Shown one piece after another: positions 1 to 12,371 of a stretch of DNA of 47,245 nt. A model generated the notes under the pieces. That model was given only the letters and a program-made list of their open reading frames with translations, ran no database searches and was not told the DNA's origin. Both the position numbers and the translations under genes were made by a program. The stretch's first letter is position 1; every line of letters begins with the position of its first letter. Source of the stretch: Bugula neritina (Eukaryota; Animalia; Bryozoa); contig CAXIUT010000012.1 in NCBI GenBank assembly GCA_964035545.1, positions 1 through 47,245 on the forward strand. Direction: 5' to 3'.

Positions 1-81
1 CCCAACCCCAACCCCAACCCCAACCCCAACCCCAACCCCAACCCCAACCCCAACCCCAACCCCAACCCCAACCCCAACCCC
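1..81 (+). repeat. Left telomere (CCCCAA)n
   Basis: Perfect C4A2 repeats starting CCCAA at base 1; Tetrahymena-type ciliate telomere repeat. Confidence 0.98.
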
Positions 82-133
82 ATGGAATGGTTGTTATAAA
101 TCGATATGAGTTAATATATCAGAACTATTTTCA

Positions 134-1171
134 TCATATTTATAAATTTTAATTCAACATTTGTTCTAAATAAGACCAACCTTTAATTATAATTTTTTCT
201 CCTTATGTTAGGGTCTATGAAAATGTTGCTTTCTTATATTCCTTGTCTGATTAAGCCATTAAAAGAACTAACTTATAATTTATTTATTTGATTTATTTTA
301 ACTTATTACTTTTCTCTTTCCTAACTTTTAATTTATATTTTAGCTTCTCTATTTTCAACCAAACCTCGAATATTCTCATTTTAACTCATGAGTTCCATAT
401 AAAGACTAAATAATTTATGATCTACCTTCTCATATTTTAGCTTTGAACTAGAACTTATTTGATTATATCTTGTAGTTCCTCTCCTTGAAGTTGACGCTAT
501 TTTTACTTCTAGGCTTTGATAATCTCTTCAAGGCTTATCTGACCTATATATCTATATTTCTACTACTCAGTTCTCTGATATTCCTCAATGAACTACACAT
601 AGATATTTGACATATTTACTCAACAAGTTTATCCATTCTAGTATATAAATGCTCCTTCCTATTTTAAATCTTTATATAGAAATTCTTACTTTATCTTCCT
701 AACTGAATGCTTGATGATGAAAAAATTGTTCTAGTTCATCTTAAACTTCCTTTGTCATCTACTTTTTTCCTTCTTTTTTACTAATCACTTGTAAAAAATT
801 CAAAAATTCTTTTTAAATAATTGTCCCTTCTTCAGCTGCTTATCTTAACCTTTCAACTCTTTTCTATAACAATTTTATATAAAGTTTTTTTCTTATTCTT
901 GCTCTCTTTGCGCATTATCTATTTTTTTATAGTTTTATAGCTACCTTTTTTGCCTAGTTAGAAAATTATTTAGCCTCAGATTTCACTTTTTTAAAAGATT
1001 TTCTCAATAATAAAATGTTTACTTATTTAAAGCAACTGAAATATCTTTTTAATCATGAAGCAAACTATCTTGAGAAATTTTCATAAGTGAGTTAATTTTA
1101 TGAACATAGATATTTTTTTGATTTTTTTTTTAATTTGGTCTATTTCCAGACTCATTATCTTGATCTGACAT
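134..1171 (-). CDS. bZIP transcription factor (3' end uncertain)
   Basis: With TAR=Glu and the 20-nt intron 1003-1022 removed: KLEKNRECAKRARIRKKLYIKLLEKRVERLR (bZIP basic region plus zipper). Three more 20-nt introns called. The stop is unresolved (TGA at 386-388 or 134-136, or none before the telomere). Confidence 0.8.
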
Positions 1172-1257
1172 TTTCAATTGTTTTAGATTAAATATTATTA
1201 TGTTAAAAGTTGATTAAATTATTGATAATAAAAATTAATAACGAATCTTGCCAAATA

Positions 1258-1922
1258 TCAATACTGTTTCTTCTTTTAAAGAGCAAGTTTCAATCGGTGA
1301 TATTGATAAGCTCCAAAAATAGAAATAATTCCAAACTAAAGAAAAGACAGAAGTTCAAAAAAATACATTTTTTTCTTTTGTTCTTAGAAATCTTTTGATT
1401 AATAACTGATATTCTTTTTTGTATTTGTATTTAATTTATCCATTAATTATTTAGACTTACTTAAGGAGATATAAGTATTTCCTAAATCTTTCCTTTTTAA
1501 AAGTTTTTCTGGGACAGATATTTGACTATCAGATGCAGTAAACTTATGTCTTATTCCAGAATTGTAAGTAATCAATTTAGAGACTTGTCTAAAAGTTGTT
1601 AAGACAATTTTAAAGCACAAACGATACACTACATCTAACTAAATAGTAATGTACTTTAAGTAAGTTTAAACTACCTCCGAAAAGGTCCTTAATAAGCTTG
1701 AAATGCTTCTTCTTAGTGAGTTTCAGTATTATGAATAACTATTCGATAACCTTATTGAAGGGTTTGATTCTAAAACTTTTAAAATTTTAGATCTATCTTA
1801 AGAAACTGTTCCTGATCATGAGAAGAAACAATCATACATCTTTATTTGAGTGAACTAACAGTAAAACTAATACATTTAGTACCCACCAAGAACATTATAA
1901 ACACCAAATATGAAGCTATCAT
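1258..1922 (-). CDS. p24/emp24/gp25L (TMED) family cargo receptor
   Basis: Signal peptide MIASYLVFIMFLVGTKC, GOLD-like Cys pair (KERC...YRLCF), coiled coil, TM LSFLEFGIISIFGAYQY, tail RLKLALEKKKQY-TGA; one 20-nt intron. Confidence 0.8.
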
Positions 1923-2018
1923 CTTAAACAATGATAAAATTCAAATTATAGATAATTATAAAATATAAATAATTCAAATATTAAAGATAACTATGATAGG
2001 AATCAAATAGAAATACTG

Positions 2019-2850
2019 TCAATTTTTTTAATTTTTCTGGTTAACATTAAGACTTTTCTAGCCACTTTCAAGCTAAATTTGCACTACCAATCTAAATAAA
2101 TAATCAAATACTTATTTTATTAAATTTGAATGAGCTCATTTTACTTAATAGTCCTAAATTAGAAAAATATCCTTAACTTTCTTTTTCCCTTATTATAAAT
2201 AGTGTTACTCATCTTATAACGATAAACAGTCCAATTAATTTGATAAATTCAGAAGAGAAAGCCAATCAAAATTAACTAATAGATTGCCATCTAGTTACTA
2301 ATTTAGTACGAACAAAAAGATTTTTAAGCTTAGGAAAAAAAGATTTTTTAAGCACCTTGGCTTCAGAAATAAAATTTTAACCTAAAAAAGAGCGAATATA
2401 TACTCAAAGAGAAGTGCATCAAATTAGGAGCTATAAGGTGCTGCAACTTGTCAATCGTTACAATATTATTGGCATCTACTTAAGGTTATTAGGACTCAAG
2501 TTGAGAGATATCAAATCAAAGAATTTGATACTTATTAGATCATGGATAACTTCGTTTCTATTATTTTAATCTTTTTGATATGAATGTACTTAAGTCAATA
2601 CTGTGAGCAGTTATTTATTCACACACTTGAAATATTCTCCAATACTCATCATAGCTATACTGTCCTTCCGCTACTTTAATTCAAAATAACCCATCCACCA
2701 ATCATCATTCATCACTATTTCTCCAAGATTCTCTTTCATTATTTCTTCTTCCCTTTCGTTAAGTCCTCTTTTTAGCTTCATATGTCCATAACTCGCCATT
2801 ATAGCTTAAAAATCATAAATGAAAATCAGTCTTTATTATCGTCTAATCAT
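2019..2850 (-). CDS. Leucine-rich repeat protein
   Basis: After removing introns 2476-2495, 2382-2403, 2291-2309, 2189-2208 and 2092-2111: LISLNLNANNIVTIDKLQHLIAPNLMHFSLSENFISEAKVLKKSFFPKLKNLFVHGNLL (24-aa LRRs); ends at TGA. Confidence 0.75.
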
Positions 2851-2855
2851 ATGGC

Positions 2856-2927
2856 AACTAATGCAATCATACAGCAAGTAATTAATGCGATAATAGAGGA
2901 AGTAATTAATGCAATCATAGAGGAAGT
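2856..2927. repeat. Intergenic minisatellite, 24 bp x3
   Basis: aattaatgcaatcatagaggaagt-like units between two divergent ATGs. Confidence 0.85.
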
Positions 2928-2991
2928 AAATAAGGATTCTAATAGACTCTTTAATATTTTTTTATGAAATTTTATAATAATTTAAAAGAGG

Positions 2992-3573
2992 ATGAAAAGA
3001 GAGCGAGGCTTAGCAACAAAAAGAGGTATTAATAAACAAGGCTGGGAATCATCTGATTTTCCTCTTGCTTGTGACCGTTGCTATGGATAAAATCCATTTC
3101 TTAGAATGCTTAAATAAAATTTTGGTCAAGAATGCCGCATCTGTTTTCGCCCATTTACTGTTTTCAAATGGAAAGGTAATAAAGGAATATTCAAAAGAAC
3201 TTGTGTTTGTCAATTTTGCAGCAAATAAAAAAATATTTGTCAAGTCTGTACTCTTGACTTAGAGTTTGGTCTACCAATGGATATCAGAGATAAGCGTTGT
3301 GGCAAAAATGGGTCTAATTTAATAAATGATGATTTTTTAAGTGAAGATAATCTTAAGGTGAAACCCCCTCGACCAACTTTACCTCCTCCTACTCTTACAA
3401 AAGTAGCATAAAAATAGCTAGTTTTTATTCCTGAAGAAGTTGATAATTAAGATGACGATGCCACAGCTCGAATAGTTATTCAACGGCAGCTACAGCAGTA
3501 AAAGACTTAAAACTAAAAAAAGTAGGCAGAAAAAGATGATTAGGTAGAAAATAATAAATAAACAATAAGTTGA
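2992..3573 (+). CDS. RBM22: RBM22/Slt11(Ecm2)-like splicing factor, N-terminal zinc-binding domain only (193 aa)
   Basis: [44 protein letters not shown]...[28 protein letters not shown] matches the RBM22 N-terminus; then Pro/Glu-rich tail and TGA, with no CCCH or RRM. Confidence 0.88.
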
Positions 3574-3597
3574 AATGATAGTTTATAGATGAATAAC

Positions 3598-4124
3598 TCA
3601 ATCATTTTCAACTAAACACTTACAACACTGCTTTATAATTTTTCGACCAAAAGGAACAAATGAAAAAGTGTATAAGAAGTAGCTTATTATTTGGATAGTT
3701 AAAGTTACCAAAACAATTCCTTTTAAGTTCTCTGGAAGAATGAATGCTAAAACTAAAGTTGCAATCAAAGACCCTAAATAGAAAAGAGTTAAAATCCATC
3801 TTGTCTTTTTAAACATATCTTTGAACTGTCTTTTGGGTCCTGAAAGAAAACAAGATCTAAATGAGTTGACTAGTACCCAATAATGTTGAGAATTTGTCCA
3901 ACAGAATACAGAATCGCAAAAACAGTAGTATCATGCTTTAATATAAAGAGGATAGTAGCAAATATGGAGAGAAGCCATCCTAGACCGAAACAGATGACCC
4001 ATCCTGCTATTCTTGTTTTAAGGGAGCACTTACAAGTCTTAGAAACATCATCTTTTAACTCCTGATAAGTGCTTTTTTCTGATTCATCAAACAATCCTTC
4101 TCTTTTGTTGCTTTAGTTTCCCAT
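3598..4124 (-). CDS. SFT2: SFT2/Got1-family vesicle transport protein
   Basis: Four TM segments; LYSVGQILNIIG|SCFLSGPKRQFKDMFKKTR across a 20-nt intron; YTFSFVPFGR. Confidence 0.88.
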
Positions 4125-4292
4125 CTTTTTATTTATACCTCAAATCTGAATATTGAAATTATCTTCATTTATCACAAATTACAATAATTTATGATCATAA
4201 ACTCCAACACATGTATTTGATTATGTTGATTTATTATTTATTTAATGTTTGATTATCTATATTTGCTGATAACTGATCTATAATCGTATAAG

Positions 4293-5136
4293 ATGAAAGG
4301 AAACAACATGAAAACTCCAGCAGTGACTGAAATTTACCAGCAAAAACTGTATTTAGTATCTAAGGTAGACTTTATCAAAACCATCTCAAAAAACTTTAAC
4401 AAATTAGAGAAGACCGTAAACATCAATTAGCCTTTGATAGTACCAGAACCACTAAACATCAAGATATACGCCAAAGTAAAAGCCGTTCATTCGCCTACAG
4501 ATATAATGAACAACACCAATAGATTAGTTGCACAAATGTTAAACTTCTTAACAAACTTTAAAAGGTTAGACCTTTTAGCAGACAAACTTCAGTTTCAGCT
4601 AGTTAAAGTTTTTAAAACTAGCTCAGGACTATGACTCCCCTCAGAAAAAGAACCATGGCTCAAACATAAAAATAAAACAGTAGGATCTACCTAAGAATGA
4701 AATCAGTTTCTTCAAACCTCAGTAAAGACAAACTACTTTCAGATTATGCCAGATCTCAACAAATAAAAAATAGAATTAGTCGTTATGCCACTCAAAACAA
4801 CAAAATATTACTCAAGTAATGATGATTCTAATCAGATCGAATCAGTTTATCCATTCTCTATAAAAAACTCAAGAACCTCTCGAGCACCTCAATCAGAAAG
4901 ATAAAGAGCTTGATAAAGAAAAAAGCCTATTAGCTAAAGAAACGCCTAAAAAAAATATAACTGCTTACTATAATTCAAAAAATATTCTGAAAAACAAGAT
5001 TGAGAATCGAGTAAAGTTATCAAAAAGTAATCAGAATAATAAAAGCAATCAACAAATATCAGAAGAAAATAGAGTTTTTGCTACTGAGCCTTAGAAAGGT
5101 TATTTAGTGAAATCCAAAAAGAAAATTTTCATTTGA
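4293..5136 (+). CDS. CFAP97/Hemingway-domain ciliary protein
   Basis: After two 20-nt introns: YQNHLKKLEQI...EISCTNVKLLNKL...RKRTMAQTEKENSRIYLRMKSVSSNLSKDKLLSDY...ISRY. Confidence 0.6.
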
Positions 5137-5342
5137 TTGTGACTCAGCTATCATATTCATTTCACAAATATTTCCTTATTTATTGGCCAGAAAAGTCTTA
5201 TTAACATCTTTTGAAAGTAAAAAGACAAAGGTAATGAACGAAATATTTTTAATTTCTAAATATCAAAATCATTTTAATCACAATATTTAAATTTATATTT
5301 TCAAAACCATTAAAAACAATATGATTCAAAAATAATATAATT

Positions 5343-5429
5343 GATCATCGAGAATAGCTTATAATTAATCATTGAGAATAGCTTATAATTGGTGATTGAG
5401 AATAGCTTATAATTGATGATTGAGGATAG
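5343..5429. repeat. Minisatellite, 24 bp x3.6, last unit contains the XPC start codon
   Basis: Units of the form (g/a)atcattgagaatagcttataatt; the fourth partial unit includes the ATG at 5416. Confidence 0.85.
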
Positions 5430-7374
5430 TTAGTAAGATGAGTTTTCTGAAGGAGGTTTTTAAAATGACCTTCTAGACTTCTAAGACCTCCAGCAAAATA
5501 AAATTGTCTAAGATGTCATGAATCTCAAACCTGTTGCCTAGATAAAGTCTTCTATCTAGGACGATGCTGCCTATTTAATGACTCATTCAAATAAAAGCAA
5601 CAAATAGATTGTTCATAAAGATAAATAAATCACGTAATAACAAAAAAAAGCTCGATAGTTAAAGCTCCTAAATGCTCGTAAATATTTTGAACTGGCTAAA
5701 TTGATGTTTGTATCTAGTGTCTCTTCTGCCTTAAAATAAACCCGCCAAATCTACTAAAATAGTCAGAAATATATTCCAAAGCTTCTCTCGTCTCTCAGTG
5801 CTCCTCTCCTAGAATAATTCATTCGACTCAAAAGCATACAAACTCTATCTCTGAACATAAATCACCTTTTAACTTTTATAAAGGAAGTAAAAGTTTTTAT
5901 TTCTAATAATCTTCCCTAAAGTGATTTTAAAAAAGATTGGAATTAACTATTTTGGAGTATTTGTGAAAGTTTTCAATGCTGTTGTAGAAAAGTTTATTTT
6001 TTTCATATTGATAGCATAGTATAAGAAGTGTTTTTTCAACTTAAATATCAAGTATCATAGAGAGTAAGGAAAAAATAAAACAAAGTAAGAAAAGAAACTC
6101 AAATAATAAAAGTAAAATTATCACAGCAGATATAAGAGAATATTCAAGCAGCTTAAGACTCTAATCAATTTATAAATCTATAAGATTTTTAATTCGATTA
6201 AGCCTCTTTTAAAAGTCAATAACAACCTGCTCGATAAAGTTAACAAACTAAACTTAAAAAAGAAACTCGAAGATAAAATAATTTTATCAGAAAAAAAAAT
6301 TATAAATCTCATTATTTTCAATTATTTGATCCTTTAACTGAAGACTGGATTTTAGTTAATAGTGAAGTGTTAGAGCAATAAAATGTTGAAGAAGTAAAAA
6401 AACACATCCTTGAAGGTAAGTTTATAGTTGGTTTTTTTTCAACTAGTTTTCTTCAGTTTAAACCATCTCTTCAAGGTTTATAGTCCTTAAGAAACCTTCA
6501 AAATATTATTCTTTAAGACTTAACTATGTACTTTGAAGACAGTAGCAAAAACTTAAATTCTCGTAGAAAAAGATTAGGAATTAGAACTATCATGAGAGAA
6601 ACATTTTCTGAAGGATCATTTTACTTACAAAGACATATGTTAAGTTCATTTAACTCATATGTTCTTTAAAAAAATGATAAAAAAGAGCAATAGTATCAGT
6701 TGGGTATATTTCCAAAAACAAAAGAATAAATGCTTACTTCAAATTATTTCACAGTACCCTCCCAAATACCAAAGTACTTCATCCTAGATCCAAAAGCTTA
6801 GCCCATTTCTGATTTGGTATTCAATGAATAAAAAGTATATCTCAGGAGAGATATGATAGCTGTGACTTCTAAATTATGTTGGATAGATCGGGGAAGGAAG
6901 GTGAAGATGGGTGAAAATCCTATAAAAAAGACATAAAATAGAAATAAAAATATGACATAACTATTCCTCTACTAACAAACTTAATAATTCAGTCTTTCAA
7001 TAAACTAGTAAACTGGTAACTTCTTACCAGATGATTAATATAATAGTCTTTACATTCCTGCAGATTTTATTCCACCTCCAAATATGGTCATAATCAACCG
7101 AAAAATATCAACTATATGCTAGAAATCAAAGATTAGACATGCTAAGATTGTTCAAGGTTTTACTTATTTGATGGGAAAGATAGTTCCGAATTATATTGGG
7201 TATTTAGTTTATAAGGAAGATGAAGACCTAGTTTTAAAACTACAAAAAGAAAGATAAATTAAGTTGGACGATAACAAAATAAAAAACAGAAGTAAAGAAA
7301 TCAAAAGCATCTGGAATAAACTCTTCAAAAAAATATAACTTAGCCAATGGAGTAAATCCTTCCAATCTGCTTGA
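5416..7374 (+). CDS. XPC: XPC/Rad4 nucleotide-excision-repair damage sensor
   Basis: Intronless 652-aa ORF in the TAR=Glu code; BHD motifs EKVYLRRDMIAVTSKLCWIDRGRKVKMGENPIKK, LFLYEQTEEF, VQGFTYLMGKIVPNYIGYLV, IWNKLFKKI. Confidence 0.8.
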
Positions 7375-7396
7375 TCTCAATCACTCCTATCAATAG

Positions 7397-7512
7397 CATA
7401 TCACTATATCAACTTAAATTATATGACATAGTATCAACTTAAATATATCACTAATTCAACTTAAATTATATGACATAGTATCAACTTAAACATATCACTA
7501 TATCAACTTAAA
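7397..7512. repeat. Intergenic higher-order repeat (47 bp = 22+25 bp subunits sharing tcaacttaaa) x2.5
   Basis: Directly visible downstream of the XPC stop. Confidence 0.85.
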
Positions 7513-7598
7513 TAGTTGGGTTTAGTGAAATAATTGTTAGAGAGATAATAAAAGATAAAATATGAATTGGAAAATAAATAATAATACAATAAGTAGAA

Positions 7599-8505
7599 AT
7601 GCTAGCTGAGTTCACTTCGCCCAAAAGATTAAATTATATCTAATAATCAATCAAAAATATAACCTTTCTCAATTCTACTTTATCCCAGTAAAAATAACTT
7701 TCTCCATGGAATTCTGAAGACATCTATAAATTGATAAAATAGCCTAGTTTTCTCTATAAAACATCGTAATAATTCTTTTAATAGTAGAAATCTCTCTAGA
7801 AGAAACAACAAAAAACCATCCTTTAGCTTTTCAAAATAATAATAAAAATGCTATAAATATAAAGTAAATACTTATTTATTTATTAAGGTCGATAAAGAAA
7901 GATAGTTTACACCTAACTTGATTAGTATATAAATAGATCAGCCTCTACTATCAAAAATATCTAAAAAGTATTCAAATAATAATAATAATAGATTAACTAG
8001 CTAAGGAACAAACCAGCATCATAGAATTAAACCACTCAAAAATATAGTTGAAAATAATAATAGAAATAACTGTTTGAAATAGGAACCATAAATAAAAGCC
8101 ATTTAAGTTTTTTCAATAGGGATTTTCGATAAAAAACAAAATAAATAACAATTGAATTATGCAGCTATGCCTAAAAGATATAAAAAATTAAGTCCAAGAT
8201 AAAGATCATCAATTAGATATGCAGAATTAGATCTTCTCTCAATAAGCACAAGATAAAATAGAATAGATGAAAAAAAGAAAGATGCTGGAGGTTAAGAACT
8301 TAAAGCACAAATATAGTAACTAATTTAAAAGTAAAAACAAGGAACAAGATAAAACAAAAAGATAGAATCAAGTGATAAAAGTCCAAAAACTAAAAAGAAA
8401 AAGAAATAAATATTAGATAAGCAGACAGAAATAAGAAAGGTTCTAAGAAGGCCAAATGGTGTCGTGATTGGTAAAAGAAAAGAATAGCAAAAATTATAGA
8501 TTTGA
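7599..8505 (+). CDS. Hypothetical low-complexity K/E/N-rich protein
   Basis: ATG 7599 to TGA 8503-8505 needs an intron total of 3n+1 nt; intron placement uncertain; no domain recognised. Confidence 0.45.
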
Positions 8506-8529
8506 TTTAATATTGATTCTACAGTAATA

Positions 8530-9578
8530 ATGCTTCTATAATAAAAATGTAAGAAAATAATCATACAGCAATCAAATTTCTTTTTCTATTCAAAAGCTCA
8601 TCTGTTAACGAAATATAACTCCAAATATGCGATCCTTAATAGACTACTATCTAGACCATTATTCTACATAACTACCTAGAATCAAGAATTATCATAGAGG
8701 CTCACTACTAAAGTTACTACTGTCTCCTTTCTATCAATAATAAAACATAAATTTTAGAACTACCTCTCCCTCAACTAGAATAAAAAGGTAACATCTTAGT
8801 CAAAGAACATGACTTCTCTGAATTCGAACTCAAAATAACCTACCATATTTAGAATTAAAAAGAACAACAACAAAGAAAAAAAGCATAAAATCTAGCAAAA
8901 TAAAAATTAATACAAATTCAAAAGAGAATAATCAACAAACTTGAAGAATAAAACTATTTCAAAGAAGAAAATTAAAAAAAATACATCTTTCAACGTAAAA
9001 CTAAAAAGAAAAAAAACCTCACTGATATCTTCCATAAAAATATTGACGGGTCCATCAAAAGTACCATCAATAGTTGCTCCACTTATAACAATCTTTCAGA
9101 CAACAAACAATCAAAACCTAACCAATAAACCATCAATTAACAAGATTAGTTTGAACTACCCTGTCTCAATCTAAGTAAAATGAAATCTATGTTCGATAGT
9201 CCCTAGATTATTGAAGAACCTATCCAACACCACAGACCCTTTGGTCATACAAAAAAAAATTAAACAGATAAAGTTGAGATTTAAAAAAAATAAAATTTAA
9301 GACCAAAGAAAAGAAAAGCCAACTTCCATATTACTCTTTAAAAATAAACAAGAAAATAATTAAACACTCAAAAAGAAGCTCTCAAGTATCTGGAAGATTA
9401 CAAATGGACTGAAAACATTTCCAAAGTGTTTAGTAAGAAAGAAAGACAGTCAAGAAAATTAGATAAACTCAAGAAAGAAATAAAACAATAGATAAAAGAA
9501 TAAAGTTTATCAAGAACAGTAAAGAAAGGAAATCTTAATCTTAAAAAATATGAATTAGCTTTAAAAGTTTATAGTTGA
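8530..9578 (+). CDS. Hypothetical protein, K/E-rich C-terminal part
   Basis: MLLEEK|SIKFLFLF across the 20-nt intron gtaagaaaataatcatacag, then open to TGA 9576-9578. Confidence 0.6.
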
Positions 9579-9625
9579 ATTTCGATTTGATCTATTTAAT
9601 GCTATAAGTTTATAATTAAATTCAA

Positions 9626-12232
9626 ATGCTAGTCAAGAGATTCTTTGCACTAGTGTTAGAGATCTTATTGCTGATTCTCTATGTTTCTGCAGCTTCCTTT
9701 TCCTACAGCTCTTGTAATAACACTTTTTCTCTCAATACTGCCAATCTACAATGCACCGCCTGTCTCACCAATCAAATCTCAAATACCTATCAAACTCTTC
9801 CCACCATCTGCCAATGCTAACCAGGATACCGAATCACCACAAATGCCGCCTCTTGTAACGCCATCTTCTCTTCAACATGCACCACAACCAATGCCTATTA
9901 CCCTATCATTTCCACAGATGGTTCTACTTCCACCACATCTCTTAACTGCGCGGCCTGTTCAAGTACAGCTTATACAAACATGTAATTCAAAATTTACAAA
10001 GAAATGGTACAGCTTGCATACCTTGTGGCTCAGGAATGAGTTATTCCACATCTCAAGGCTGTATTTGTTCCAATACCAATCACATCAGAACTGAACTAGG
10101 TTGCTATCAGACCACAGTCACTCCTTCTGTCACCAACAGTCAGTATTCAGATGCTCTCAAATATGTACTTCCTTCTCACTCAGCTTGTTTATGCATGCTC
10201 TACAAATCAAGATCATCTCTCTTGCTCACAAATCCTTAATCTATGCACCTACTCAAAAGCATAGGCCACTACTCCCTAGTGTCAATTCTTTTCGACCCAC
10301 TCCTTAACCTCCATCCTCGAAGCAGACGCCTCAGGATTTTCTCTAACATCAACCAAAGATGCCTCTATTTCCCTTAAGTTAGTTTCTTTTTCGACTACTG
10401 GCAACTATCTGGGTTAAAAATATCTTCTTTTGGGTGATATTATGCGTTGTGGAATTCCAACTAATTCTGAAATAGGAGTCGTATTGGGAATCAACATAGA
10501 AGTAAGCTGTTAATTCGACTTCAACCATCTCATCATCTAACTCAACAGCAAACAATAGAAAAATAAACTCTACCAGTTGCTTGTCCAGGGAGATGATCAA
10601 AAATACTATGAAGTGCCAGTTTATATGTCTGGTAGTAGCCAACCTATCAAACGATTCTTTCTTGAAGATTCTTAAAGTCAAACTAATAAACTTACTATCC
10701 TCACTAGTTTCGTCCTACAATTCACCTTTTCTGGAGGTAAAATCAACTCTCCTCGCTTCTAACCTACATACACACAATTATCGACCTAAGAAGGAACAGG
10801 AGTTATCGGACAAAGCTCTCTAACTCTTTCCTTTGAAGTAATTTTCGATACAGATCTTAGCACCTTTTGGACTGGAGCTCTGGCTTCATTCATTGTTGTT
10901 TCAGTTGCAGCATTGATCCATACCTTTGCTAAAACTTATATTGGACATCTAAATCGCAAATCTTTTTTAGAGTTTTTGCCTAATTTAGCAGGAGTTTATT
11001 CTTTATGGCTCTTCTATTATCTCCTCTGCATGACTGGATACTGGTTTCTTTTCAACAAAATTTCATCATCTCCTTTTCTCCTTCTTCCTTCCAAATAACC
11101 TACTCTCTACCCAACATTCTACGCTTTAGTAGCAATTATGGTTGTTCTAAGACTGATCTGGGCTATTAGGTAAAAGTCTGATCGTCTCTCCACTGAAGTT
11201 TATTTAATCAACTGGTAAAAAGGACAGTTCCGTAACAGTTGGAGATAAATATTTATCGTCAATTCTCTTGCTTAATTTTATACTTATCGCACAGTTTCTC
11301 TCTTCTGGATGCTTGTAGTTCTTCTATTTTTCATGAGTGGTGTTGACTGGTAGTCTTTGGCTGCTTCAGATACTTCAACTTCTAATTCAAATCTCAGTCC
11401 TCAAAATAGAATCTTTCTCTATTTCTTATCTTCTGTTCTTTTCTTGACAATAGGAATTGTCTTCAAAATTTTAAGAAGAATAAGTGTGTTGTTTTGGGCT
11501 CTTCCTTTCTAGGACTTCGTGGACTACTGTACAGTAACAAATATATCATTCGTATTTATCAAAAAAAGAGCTCCTCACGCCTACTATCTTCATGCTGCTC
11601 TACCTGATCGTACCGAAGTTACTTATCGTTAAATTAATGAAGCTATTAGAAGAGGACTCCAAAAGAACAGATCAGTTAGTAATGAAGTATCTTCTCTTGA
11701 TTCTCTAAGACTCTACTCTCTGTATTTAAGCAAAGATATATAAGATAAACATACTCAGTTTCTAAAAAAAATGTAAGATCAAGAGCATGCACAAAGGATG
11801 AAATACAATAAATAGTCACAAAAGAAGTCAAAAGTAAATCTGAGAGAAGAGTTTATTGAGACCAAACTGAAGCCTCATATCCAAGGTATGGTATCAAGGG
11901 AAAACGATGGAAACAGAAAGACAACTTTTCAAAGTTATTGTGGTTCTCCTCCTTTAGATCTCAGACAAGAAGGAGGAAGAAATAGAACTATTGTCTTTTT
12001 TGATGAGGCTCTTGAGTTGGTGAGAGATGTTTTTCCCAATGGAAATGAGTTTTAAGAGATCCATACTTTAATAGTAATATTTTTAGGATGGGTTACTCTG
12101 GTTAACAGCTGTCCAATTGCTGCTCTTTTGACCTACTTTGTTGATGAGTATTTAATGAGTAATTGGATATCTTGGTCCTGTAGAAACAATCTTGAATCAA
12201 TGACTAAAGTCAAAAAAGGTTTTATGATCTGA
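9626..12232 (+). CDS. TMEM67: Meckelin / TMEM67 (MKS3), ciliary transition-zone protein
   Basis: Signal peptide, Cys-rich ectodomain, SCSQILNLC, VYLINWEK, SWREIFIVNSLAEF, DFVDYCTVTNISF...AYYLH; introns of 20 and 19 nt. Confidence 0.85.
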
Positions 12233-12371
12233 CCTTTTATTCTTATATTCAATCTCAAAAGCCTATCAATATACATAAATATTATCTAGTAACATTTCAT
12301 AATTATCTGTTGATATAAAAGACTAAAAGTATTTATCTTTAGATATTTGATAAATGAATTAAAGTAAAATA

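Noticed and set aside
1200-2600. Plus-strand ORFs with apparent in-frame TGA (UGA readthrough)
   Set aside because: The real genes (p24, LRR) are on the minus strand; their in-frame TGAs vanish after removing short introns.
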